Positions 50,759 to 59,303 of a stretch of DNA of 64,000 nt are shown here, piece by piece. This DNA comes from an uncultured Gammaproteobacteria bacterium. Its GTDB lineage: Bacteria; Patescibacteriota; Microgenomatia; Levybacterales; GWA1-39-11. Position 1 is the stretch's first letter. Each line of letters begins with the position of its first letter. The stretch is from contig CAYVKP010000002.1 of NCBI GenBank assembly GCA_964452165.1, positions 24,074 through 88,073 of the forward strand, read 5' to 3'. The position numbers and the translations under genes are program-made. The notes below the pieces were generated by a model. The model was given only the letters and a program-made list of their open reading frames with translations. It was not told the origin of the DNA and did not search any database.

Positions 50759-51315
50759 AAGACGATATTAATTTAGTTGCGGTAGGACGCAAGAAGTCAA
50801 AAGATAGAGTTTTTGCTATATCTTTGGGTGTCTTTTTGGTGGCATTTATTGCTGCGGTTGCGGTTTTGCTTTATTCGCTCGTCGTGTCGGGTAAAGCATC
50901 GACTCTAGGAGCGCAGGCAGAAGATTTAAGGGGAAGGATTTCGGCACTGTCAACACAAAAACAAAAGATTCTTACCGTAAATGAACGCTTGGCAACATCA
51001 AGAAAAATTCTTTTGACGCGTAAAAAAATCGATCAAAGAGTATCTTCAATATTGGATACAATTCCGGACCAAATTTCGATTGATAGAGTCGTTGCTGATG
51101 ACAAGGGAATCACTGTTGGTCTTCTTTCGGCAAATTTAGCCGATCTGGATTCGCTTTTAGACAATAACATCCCAACGCTTGGTAAAGACAAAACGCTGGG
51201 GCTTACAAAAATTAATCTTGCATCTTTCGTGCGACAAGACAATGGGTATCTTTTGTCAATTGAATTTATTTTCAAAGGTACGCCCGCATCAATTAATCCA
51301 TCAGCAACACCATGA
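50755..51315 (+). CDS. PilN-like protein
   Basis: DINL N-terminal motif, TM, coiled coil; follows pilM. Confidence 0.75.
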   Translation: MKDDINLVAVGRKKSKDRVFAISLGVFLVAFIAAVAVLLYSLVVSGKASTLGAQAEDLRGRISALSTQKQKILTVNERLATSRKILLTRKKIDQRVSSILDTIPDQISIDRVVADDKGITVGLLSANLADLDSLLDNNIPTLGKDKTLGLTKINLASFVRQDNGYLLSIEFIFKGTPASINPSATP

Positions 51316-51959
51316 AAGACTTTAAAAATTTTTACATAAAATACAAAAATTTCCTTGTCCCGTCAGTATTTGCGTTTCTTACGTTTTTTATAATTTTTAA
51401 GGTAATTATGCCGCAATTATCTTCAATTTCTGCTACCAAACAAGAAATTGCAACAAAAACCGAAGACATAGATTCTTTGCAGCAGACTCTTTCGACGATT
51501 TCAAATCAAAATCAAAGTGAGTTGACTGATAATCTGGACGTGGCAACACGTGCCTTGCCTACAAATAAAAATGTGGCGGTCATATTTGATGCCCTTTCCT
51601 CCGCGTCTGAGGCGTCTGGAGCCGAACTTAAGGAATTCTCCTTGAAGGTTGGGGGTGTATACGGTCGCGCCGAAAAAGTAGAGCAAACAGGAGTCAAGGG
51701 CGTTCCCTCGCTCCAAGTTGTTGTAAGAGTGAGTTCACCCGATCCCAGAAACGCTGTTAAATTTACGCAAGAAGTCCAATCACGTCTTCCTCTGGTTGAG
51801 GTCAAGAGCTTGGATACCACAGGAGACATTGCTACCGTCGTTCTCACTTTCTTTTACAAACCACTTGATTTGACTCAGATTGTTAAGCAGGAGAAAGTTG
51901 CGCCATTATCCGCTTCCGACACTAAGCTCCTGGATCAATTAAAAAGCTGGAATAAGTAG
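51312..51959 (+). CDS. PilO-like protein
   Basis: TM, coiled coil, ALP motif; follows pilN. Confidence 0.72.
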   Translation: MKDFKNFYIKYKNFLVPSVFAFLTFFIIFKVIMPQLSSISATKQEIATKTEDIDSLQQTLSTISNQNQSELTDNLDVATRALPTNKNVAVIFDALSSASEASGAELKEFSLKVGGVYGRAEKVEQTGVKGVPSLQVVVRVSSPDPRNAVKFTQEVQSRLPLVEVKSLDTTGDIATVVLTFFYKPLDLTQIVKQEKVAPLSASDTKLLDQLKSWNK

Positions 51960-52640
51960 TTAGGACAAGTCTGGTCTTCGCTTTTTGGTGAGTTTTTTTG
52001 CTTCCTCGGTTCTGTGCTGGTCAATTTTTTGAAAATTGCCTGAAAGAAGAACTGCTGGTACTTGCTCCTCCTTGTATTTCGGGGGTCTTGTATATTGGGC
52101 GTGTTCAAGTAATCTTTTCCCTTCGACAATAGAGAAAGATTCATTTTTGGGTGCATCTTCTTTTTTTAAAACTCCGGGTACCAGTCTTGCTACGGCTTCG
52201 GCAACGACTGCCGCGGCCAGCTCTCCACCCGATAAAACGTAATCTCCTATGGATACTTCAAAATCGACAAGGTCTCTTATGCGCTCGTCAAACCCCTCGT
52301 AGTGTCCGCAAATAAGAATCAAGTGTTCGTATTTTGATAAGTCCTCTGCGATTTCCTGCTTAAAGACCTTACCCTTAGGATCAAGTAAAATTACCGCTTC
52401 TCTCATGTCTTTTTTCCTTGTTGCCCGTATTGCCTCGTCCATCACATCAACTCTCAATACCATTCCTGCTCCTCCCCCATAAGGCCTATCGTCGACAAGT
52501 TTATGCTTGCCTATTCCAAAATTTCGAAGATCTATGGTTTCTATTTTTATTTTTTTTGCTTTTTGTGCGCGGCCTATTATAGATTGGGCGAAAAGGACGT
52601 CAAAAAGTTGGGGAAAAAGAGTTACTATGCTGATATGCAT
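51960..52640 (-). CDS. trmD: tRNA (guanine-N1)-methyltransferase
   Basis: DDRPYGGGAGM, CGHYEGFDER and SIGDYVLSGGE motifs. Confidence 0.97.
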   Translation of the reverse strand: MHISIVTLFPQLFDVLFAQSIIGRAQKAKKIKIETIDLRNFGIGKHKLVDDRPYGGGAGMVLRVDVMDEAIRATRKKDMREAVILLDPKGKVFKQEIAEDLSKYEHLILICGHYEGFDERIRDLVDFEVSIGDYVLSGGELAAAVVAEAVARLVPGVLKKEDAPKNESFSIVEGKRLLEHAQYTRPPKYKEEQVPAVLLSGNFQKIDQHRTEEAKKLTKKRRPDLS

Positions 52641-52645
52641 AGGGA

Positions 52646-52876
52646 TTAAGCCTCGCTTATTTGGATATCGACCCGTGCGTTCTCGCGGATAGCACGGACT
52701 TTTAATACATTTTTGAGGGCGTTAATTGTCTTACCGCCCTTTCCAATAACTATTCCTACCTTCTCTTTTGGAATTTTTGCAAAAAAAGTGATGAAGCCGT
52801 CTTCTCCGGTTTCTTCAGTAACGTCAATCTCTTCACCGGTAATACCATTTAGCATGTGCTCGAGAAGTTCTTTCAT
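52646..52876 (-). CDS. khpA: KH domain RNA-binding protein
   Basis: GIVIGKGGKTI; between rpsP and trmD. Confidence 0.88.
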   Translation of the reverse strand: MKELLEHMLNGITGEEIDVTEETGEDGFITFFAKIPKEKVGIVIGKGGKTINALKNVLKVRAIRENARVDIQISEA

Positions 52877-52877
52877 A

Positions 52878-53108
52878 TTATGCTGCTAAAGCCTTTTCTA
52901 CGGCTGGGGTCATTTGTGCTCCGCGCGATGTCCACAGTTTGAGTTTGGCTTCATCAATTCTCTTTACAACCTTATCTTTTGAGACTTTTTCGTATGAACC
53001 TATTGTATCCACAGAAGCTCCATCCCGCTTGCTGCGCTTTTCTTTGACTACAATTCTGTATTTTGCTTCGCCTTTTCTACCAATTCGTGAGAGTCTAATC
53101 ATTAACAT
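52878..53108 (-). CDS. rpsP: 30S ribosomal protein S16
   Basis: IRLSRIG, YRIVV and GAQMT motifs. Confidence 0.95.
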   Translation of the reverse strand: MLMIRLSRIGRKGEAKYRIVVKEKRSKRDGASVDTIGSYEKVSKDKVVKRIDEAKLKLWTSRGAQMTPAVEKALAA

Positions 53109-53141
53109 AGGAGATCATTTTATCATTTTCGCTGAGTGAGG

Positions 53142-53798
53142 TCAAACGAGAGCTTCAAGAGCGGCGCGCGCGGCTGCTTTCTCGGCGTCTTGTTTGCTCG
53201 ATCCTCTGCCCTGAGCCAAAAGTTTCTCTTCAACGTACACACCCACGACATAGGACTTGCTGTGATCCGGCCCGGACTCTTCAATTATTTTGTAAGAAGG
53301 AGAGGCCTTCCGAGTCTCCTGAATTGTTTCTTGAAGGCGGCTTTTTGGATCCTTTAGTCCTTGCGCTTCAATTATATTCTCGGCTCGGCTTATGATGTTC
53401 TCCTCGATAAATTTTTTTACAGCATCTATTCCCTGATCAACAAATAGTCCACCAATGAGGGCCTCAAGAGTATTTGCAAGAATTGTCTTATTTTCTCTTC
53501 CTCCCCCTGTCTCCTCTCCTCGCGACAGTTTTAAAAGCTTCCCGAGTCCCAAATCTTTTGAAATTTCGTAAAGAGTTTCGGTATTCGTCAAGACAGACCT
53601 GATACTTGTCAGTTGTCCTTCCTTAAGATCTCTGTGTTGATTGAAGATATGGGAAGATACAACAAATGACAAGATGCTATCTCCCAAAAATTCAAGTCTT
53701 TCATTGGACTCAAGATTCTCACCGGTCTCATTGAGGTAGGACCTGTGAATAAAAACTTGAGTTAATATGTCTTTGTTTTTAAATTCTGGTAAATTCAT
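53142..53798 (-). CDS. rnc: Ribonuclease III
   Basis: NERLEFLGD signature plus dsRBD. Confidence 0.97.
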   Translation of the reverse strand: MNLPEFKNKDILTQVFIHRSYLNETGENLESNERLEFLGDSILSFVVSSHIFNQHRDLKEGQLTSIRSVLTNTETLYEISKDLGLGKLLKLSRGEETGGGRENKTILANTLEALIGGLFVDQGIDAVKKFIEENIISRAENIIEAQGLKDPKSRLQETIQETRKASPSYKIIEESGPDHSKSYVVGVYVEEKLLAQGRGSSKQDAEKAAARAALEALV

Positions 53799-54157
53799 TT
53801 TTTCTCGCTATCTTTTACTAATTTTCCTAGCGCTCCATTTATAAAGCTTGCCGAATTTTCTCCCCCAAACTCTTTTGCTAGTTCTATTGCTTCATCTATT
53901 ACAACTTTCTGGGGCGCTTCAGGCGCGATAGAAAGTTCATAAACTCCAAGTCTCAATATTGCAAGATCAACCTTATTTATCTTATCGATGGGAAATTCGG
54001 GTGCAATAGTCTCTATTTTATCATCGATTGATTCTTTGTTCTCGAGGATTTTTTTAATTAGTTCGGTGTGACCCTTTTGGGCTATAAAGCTTTCAGCAAA
54101 AAGCATCTTAACCGTTTCCTGGCGCTTTTGGTGTCGGGGATCAAGAGGTGTCTTCAT
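53795..54157 (-). CDS. nusB: Transcription antitermination factor NusB
   Basis: VDLAILRL, VVIDEAIELAKEFG and FINGAL motifs. Confidence 0.92.
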   Translation of the reverse strand: MKTPLDPRHQKRQETVKMLFAESFIAQKGHTELIKKILENKESIDDKIETIAPEFPIDKINKVDLAILRLGVYELSIAPEAPQKVVIDEAIELAKEFGGENSASFINGALGKLVKDSEKK

Positions 54158-54180
54158 AATTGCTTTTCAGCAATATTATA

Positions 54181-54351
54181 CTACAACGCTTTAACGCCCT
54201 TGTAGTATCCGCATGCCGGGCAAATAGTATGGGGAGCAACTGCTGATCCACAATTTCTGCAAACAGTTACAGTAGGCGCGATCATAGATATTGCCGCTCT
54301 CCTCTTTCCCTGTCTTGCTCTTGAATGTCTTTTCTTCGGTTCGTGTGGCAT
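54181..54351 (-). CDS. rpmF: 50S ribosomal protein L32
   Basis: Not in the ORF track; MPHEPKKRHSRARQGKRR...CRNCG...PHTICPACGYYKG. Confidence 0.95.
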   Translation of the reverse strand: MPHEPKKRHSRARQGKRRAAISMIAPTVTVCRNCGSAVAPHTICPACGYYKGVKAL

Positions 54352-54384
54352 AAGAGTATATTATAGGAGATTTTGCCTCAAAAT

Positions 54385-56406
54385 TCAATCTTTTGAGATC
54401 TTTGGTGTGTCGGTCTGTTCGATTCTATGTTTTAGCTCGGGATATTTGTTGAGCTCGGGCAGTATTTTTTCTGCTTCATCAGCCGCCTTTTTCATAAGTG
54501 GAAAATCTGATAATGTGGCAATTTTTAAATCTGGAATTCCATGCTGCATAGTGCCGAACATCTCGCCGGGACCCCTAAGTTTTAAGTCAACCTCGGCAAG
54601 TTCTGCCCCATTATCAATTGTTTGCAGATAGGATAGTCTTTCCCGGGTCTGATCGCTTTTTGAATTGGTGAATAACAGACAGAAACTTTCCTTCTCTCCT
54701 CGCCCCACCCGCCCCCTAAGTTGATGCAACTGAGCAAGACCAAACCGTTCAGAAGCTTCAATCAAGATAATATCAGCGCTTGGTATATCAATTCCTACTT
54801 CAATAACGGGTGTTGCAACCAGAATGTCGAGTGTCCCCTCGCGGAATCTCTTTATAACCTCGTCTTTCTCAGCCATCTTCATCTTTCCGTGCAAAAGTCC
54901 CAGTTTGAAGTTTGGGAAAATATCCCTTTTGAGTCTTTCAAACTCTTCTTTTACGGCTTTTACCGTGCTTAGCGTTTCTGAAGGTTCTATAAACGGGCAA
55001 ACGACGAATACTTGGCTTTGTTCGCCCTGAATTTTTTTTGATATCCAATCATATGCTCCTTTCCTTTTTTCTTCAGCGATGAGCCAGGTCTTAATTTTCT
55101 TTCTGCCTTTCGGAAGTTCATCGAGAAGTGATAGTGCTAGATCTGCATAAATTGTGAGAAAGATGGTTCGGGGAATTGGAGTTGCTGTCATTGTAAGAAG
55201 ATGCGGATTGTTGCCCTTCTCGGCAAGTATTGCACGCTGTTCTACCCCAAATCTCTGTTGCTCATCAATTACCACGAGTCCAAGCCGTTCGAACTCAACT
55301 TTTTTTTGAACCAATGCATGCGTGCCGATTGCTACATCGAACTGTTCCTTATTTTTTTTGCTCGAACCGGTAAAGAGTTCGACTTTAATTCCGAAGGGTT
55401 CAAGGACCGTTCGGATAGTTTTGAAGTGCTGGTTTGCTAAAATTTCTGTCGGGGCCATGAGAGCCGACTGAAACCCGTTGAGATGAGCAACATAGATTGT
55501 AATTGCCGCAACAACTGTTTTTCCGGATCCGACATCTCCCTCAAGTAGTCTATTCATGGGAGTAGCTTGCTTGAGATCTTCAAAAATATCCTCGACTGAT
55601 TTTTTCTGCGCGTCCGTCAGTTCAAATGGTAAGCTTTTGACTAAGTCATCTATTTTCGTTTTGTATTTTTTAATATCAAAAGGAATTGCTTTTTGACTGC
55701 TCTCCCACTCGCGCTTTCTAAGTTTTGAGGCCGCGTGTTTTAAAAATAATTCATTGAAAGATAGTCTTTGACGAGCAGTTTCTGCCTCGGTTTGGTTCTT
55801 TGGAAAATGTATATTTCGAATCGCTCTTTCAAGATCCAAAAAGTCATTCCCCTTAATGATTTGTTCGGGGATAAAATCTTCTACCATGAGTTTTTGATCC
55901 AAAATGGTTTTGATTCTTCCCCTTATCCATTTTGAACTTAAGTTAGCAGTTTGGGGGTAAACAGGTACAAGTCCAGTTGTGTGAATTGCCTGAGCGTCTT
56001 TGCTTTTTAAGACCTCGTAATTTCTGGTGGCAAGAGTTTTTTTATTACCGAATTTATCAACGCGTCCCGCAGCGCTTAGGAGATCCCCCTCGTGAATATT
56101 TTTCAGAATAAATCTTTGGTTGAAAAAAACGCAATCTATTTTTCCTGTCCCATCATCAACTGTGATTCTTTGAATCGTAAGCTTTCTTCTTGTAAAAACG
56201 TTGGAAGTTGCTACTACGTTGCCTTGGATCGTTACAGTCTCTCCGGGTTGAGTATCAATAATTTTTGATAGTATTAAATTGCTATCGTATCTAAATGGAG
56301 CATAAAGAAGAAAATCCTCAACAGTCTCAATGCCTATTTTTGCCAAAGCTTTGGCCTTCATTCTGAAGACCGGCCCCAGAGACCTAAGCGGAGTTTTTAA
56401 ATCCAT
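54385..56406 (-). CDS. recG: ATP-dependent DNA helicase RecG
   Basis: GDVGSGKT, DEQQRFG, MTATPIPRT and QLHQLRGRVGR motifs. Confidence 0.97.
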   Translation of the reverse strand: MDLKTPLRSLGPVFRMKAKALAKIGIETVEDFLLYAPFRYDSNLILSKIIDTQPGETVTIQGNVVATSNVFTRRKLTIQRITVDDGTGKIDCVFFNQRFILKNIHEGDLLSAAGRVDKFGNKKTLATRNYEVLKSKDAQAIHTTGLVPVYPQTANLSSKWIRGRIKTILDQKLMVEDFIPEQIIKGNDFLDLERAIRNIHFPKNQTEAETARQRLSFNELFLKHAASKLRKREWESSQKAIPFDIKKYKTKIDDLVKSLPFELTDAQKKSVEDIFEDLKQATPMNRLLEGDVGSGKTVVAAITIYVAHLNGFQSALMAPTEILANQHFKTIRTVLEPFGIKVELFTGSSKKNKEQFDVAIGTHALVQKKVEFERLGLVVIDEQQRFGVEQRAILAEKGNNPHLLTMTATPIPRTIFLTIYADLALSLLDELPKGRKKIKTWLIAEEKRKGAYDWISKKIQGEQSQVFVVCPFIEPSETLSTVKAVKEEFERLKRDIFPNFKLGLLHGKMKMAEKDEVIKRFREGTLDILVATPVIEVGIDIPSADIILIEASERFGLAQLHQLRGRVGRGEKESFCLLFTNSKSDQTRERLSYLQTIDNGAELAEVDLKLRGPGEMFGTMQHGIPDLKIATLSDFPLMKKAADEAEKILPELNKYPELKHRIEQTDTPKISKD

Positions 56407-56411
56407 AAAGC

Positions 56412-56516
56412 CTACAACGCTGACAAGAAGGGAATAAGAGCACTGACAAGAATCGCAATAGTTGCAACGGCGAGTATTACTTTAAAAATCCATTTGTGTC
56501 GGCGTAACGTTTCCAT
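56412..56516 (-). CDS. 34-aa single-TM peptide METLRRHKWIFKVILAVATIAILVSALIPFLSAL
   Basis: TATAAT-7 nt-ATG; ends 5 nt before recG. Confidence 0.65.
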   Translation of the reverse strand: METLRRHKWIFKVILAVATIAILVSALIPFLSAL

Positions 56517-56529
56517 CAGAAAGATTATA

Positions 56530-57834
56530 CTATCTTTGCTGCTGTCTTGCCATATCCCGCCAGCCAATATCGGTCCTGTAATGCAAGCTATTTCCTTCTA
56601 CAAAAAGACCGGATATCGCTTCATACGCTTTGGCTCTTGCCTCAATTACCGTTTTGCCACTTCCAACTACATGAAATAGTCTGCCCGAGGAGACAAAATA
56701 GTTATTCTTAACTTTGATTACTCGTGCCGGATAGAAAATCACACCTTCATTCTTTAAGATTCTAGCAAGACCGGATAGTTTTCTCACGCCGGTGTTAGTA
56801 TCGGGGTTGAGAAGTCCTGTAACCGCAACTCGCGCAAGCCCATCGGTTGAAAGTTTTACTTCACTTAGCTTCCCTTGGGCGACTTGAGAGCAAAGCTTAT
56901 AGAAATCATTTTTTATTCCGGGTATTAAAACTTCTGCCTCAGGATCTCCCCATCGGGCGTTAAATTCGATCACAAAAACTTTATTTTTTACAACTATTGC
57001 ACCAAGATAAATAATTCCGGAGTATTTTCTATTTTCCTTTCTGAGGCCGTCAATTGTTTGCTTGATAATTTTTTCGGCCTGAGAATATATCTTTTTATCA
57101 ACTACGAGAGGCGGAGTACTGCAGCCTACTCCTCCGGTGTTGGGGCCAAAATCTCCGTTGTAAAGACGTTTGTGGTCTTGCGCACCCCCAATTATTTGGT
57201 AGGTCTCTCCATCACTGATTGCAAAAAATGAAAACTCCTCGCCATCAAGCCACTCTTCTATCAAGAAAGTCTCTCCGGCTTTTCCAAACCTCACCATCTG
57301 CTTTATGGCATTAATTGCTTCTTCCTTATCTTCTGCAGGAATTGCGCCTTTTCCTTCAGCAAGTCCCGATGCTTTTATAAACCACTGTCCCGCTTTTCGA
57401 TTTTTAATAAAATCCAGACCTTCTTTCTGCGATGTGCAGACTTTATAGGCCGGCGATGGGATGTTATATTTTTTCATAAAATTTCTTGCCCACGCTTTAT
57501 CCCACTCTATTTGACCCGCCGCTTGAGTTGGCCCGATAACTTTAAACCCTTCCTCTAAGAGTCGGTCCACAAGACCGGCCTCAACCGCATTGTCCTGAGC
57601 AACGTCAACTAGATCCACGTTAAATTTCTTGCACAATTTGATAATCTCCTCAACGTTTGTGGTTTTTAAATCTTGGAAGGTCCTTGTGGGTACTCGGGAA
57701 TTGACTTGCATCAAATCATTTCCTGGGATTGCGATTATTTGCCCAACAGAAGGACTCTGGGAATATTTGTGGATTAGGGCAGCTCCTCTTCCTCCTGCAT
57801 CAATTACTGCTACTACTGCCTTTTTATTTGCCAT
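56530..57834 (-). CDS. purD: Phosphoribosylamine--glycine ligase
   Basis: GGRG, KASGLAEGKG, QDHKR, GPNTGG and EFNARWGDPE motifs. Confidence 0.95.
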   Translation of the reverse strand: MANKKAVVAVIDAGGRGAALIHKYSQSPSVGQIIAIPGNDLMQVNSRVPTRTFQDLKTTNVEEIIKLCKKFNVDLVDVAQDNAVEAGLVDRLLEEGFKVIGPTQAAGQIEWDKAWARNFMKKYNIPSPAYKVCTSQKEGLDFIKNRKAGQWFIKASGLAEGKGAIPAEDKEEAINAIKQMVRFGKAGETFLIEEWLDGEEFSFFAISDGETYQIIGGAQDHKRLYNGDFGPNTGGVGCSTPPLVVDKKIYSQAEKIIKQTIDGLRKENRKYSGIIYLGAIVVKNKVFVIEFNARWGDPEAEVLIPGIKNDFYKLCSQVAQGKLSEVKLSTDGLARVAVTGLLNPDTNTGVRKLSGLARILKNEGVIFYPARVIKVKNNYFVSSGRLFHVVGSGKTVIEARAKAYEAISGLFVEGNSLHYRTDIGWRDMARQQQR

Positions 57835-59224
57835 CAGAAACCTTGATCCTAACAAAGTTACGTTTACCAGCTTTGATAATCATATTGTCTTCAGGAATTA
57901 TTTCCTGATTTGGTACTTCAACCAATTCATCGTTTACAAGAACAGATTTTTGCTCAACCAGTCTTTTTGCTTCTGAGCGGCTCCCAGCAAGACCAAGCTC
58001 AACTAAAAGTTCACTTATTTCAAGATGCATGTCGGGATTCACATTAACCGTAGGCATATCTTCCGGCAATTCATGTTTTTGAACAGTTTTTTCAAAGTGT
58101 TCTTGTGCCGTTTTTGCCTGAGCCTCATCATTCAATTGTGAAACTATTTCATATGCAAGTTTTTTCTTGAGTTCGATTGGAATGAGCTGTCCAGCAAGCT
58201 TACTTATCTGCTCCATTGAAATATCTGTTAAGTATTCAAATCCTTTGGTAACAACGTCATCGGAGAGTCCCATAATTTTGCCGAACAAATCCTCAGGCTT
58301 GTCCGTCAATCCAATAACATTGCCTTCGCTTTTCCCAATCTTGTTTCCTTGAGGGTCGGCTAAAATTGGTGTAGTCATAACAAACTTATCTCGTGATTGC
58401 ATGGTTTTAACAAGTGTTCTTCCGGCTAGCATATTAAACATTTGATCGGTTCCGCCAATCTCTAAATCTACACTCATCGCAACCGAATCATAAGCTTGAA
58501 GCACTGGGTATAGGAATTCACGAAGACTAACCGTTTCCCCCTTCTTAATTCTTTCCTGGAAAAGGTCACGTTCCGATAATTGCTGAAGAGAAAAATGGCC
58601 TGTAATATCCAATATTTCCGTAAAGCTTAACTTGCTGAGCCAGTCCCCGTTGTAGCGTATTTCAACAGCGTTTTCACCTTTAAGGTTAATAATTTTACCT
58701 GCTTGATCTGCGTAATTTTTAGCGTATTCTCTAAACTCATCACTGATAAAAAATCCTTGAGCCGTCAATGATTTGATAAGTTTATCTTTTTTTTCTTTTG
58801 GTGCGACCCTGGTGGTAATCTTAAATTTCACTCCCTCATCACTCTTAAAAGAATCTATAGAGTCCATATTAATTCCTTCAATCTCAAAAATCTCAGCTAT
58901 CTTTCTCAGGATTCCAGGCTTATCTTCGTGAGAACCAACTATAAGAGAGTGAGATCTTTCTCTAGCTGTTTTTTTACCCGACGGGTCTCCTGCTTGTACG
59001 GTTGCACTTCCAATAAGGAATATGACATGATGTCCCAACTCTTGAAACTGTTTCAGTTTGCGAAGTCCTATCATGTGTCCAACATGTAATTGTGCTCCTG
59101 TGGGGTCGAACCCTTGGTAAAGTGTAATTTTCTTTCCCGAACGTAGGATTTTTTCGAATTCCTCACGAGAAGGCAATATTTGGTCCACTCCTCTGGTTAG
59201 TAGCTCATCAATCTTATCATTCAT
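57824..59224 (-). CDS. tyrS: Tyrosine--tRNA ligase with an inserted ACT-like domain
   Basis: GFDPT..LHVGH, GDPSGK, YPVLQAYD, GGTDQ, KIGKS and a C-terminal S4 domain. Confidence 0.96.
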   Translation of the reverse strand: MNDKIDELLTRGVDQILPSREEFEKILRSGKKITLYQGFDPTGAQLHVGHMIGLRKLKQFQELGHHVIFLIGSATVQAGDPSGKKTARERSHSLIVGSHEDKPGILRKIAEIFEIEGINMDSIDSFKSDEGVKFKITTRVAPKEKKDKLIKSLTAQGFFISDEFREYAKNYADQAGKIINLKGENAVEIRYNGDWLSKLSFTEILDITGHFSLQQLSERDLFQERIKKGETVSLREFLYPVLQAYDSVAMSVDLEIGGTDQMFNMLAGRTLVKTMQSRDKFVMTTPILADPQGNKIGKSEGNVIGLTDKPEDLFGKIMGLSDDVVTKGFEYLTDISMEQISKLAGQLIPIELKKKLAYEIVSQLNDEAQAKTAQEHFEKTVQKHELPEDMPTVNVNPDMHLEISELLVELGLAGSRSEAKRLVEQKSVLVNDELVEVPNQEIIPEDNMIIKAGKRNFVRIKVSDGK

Positions 59225-59303
59225 GCTAAAGCTATTATACGTTTAACCCGCTCCGCAATCAACAGGTTTTGAACTAAAAAAATAAAGCTGTTATAATATT
59301 TTC

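Noticed and set aside
51960-53108. Missing rimM in the rpsP-khpA-trmD cluster
   Set aside because: Loss or relocation is common in reduced genomes and cannot be judged from one window
54191-54388. 65-aa ORF from the ORF track
   Set aside because: Alternative frame over the real rpmF (54181-54351)
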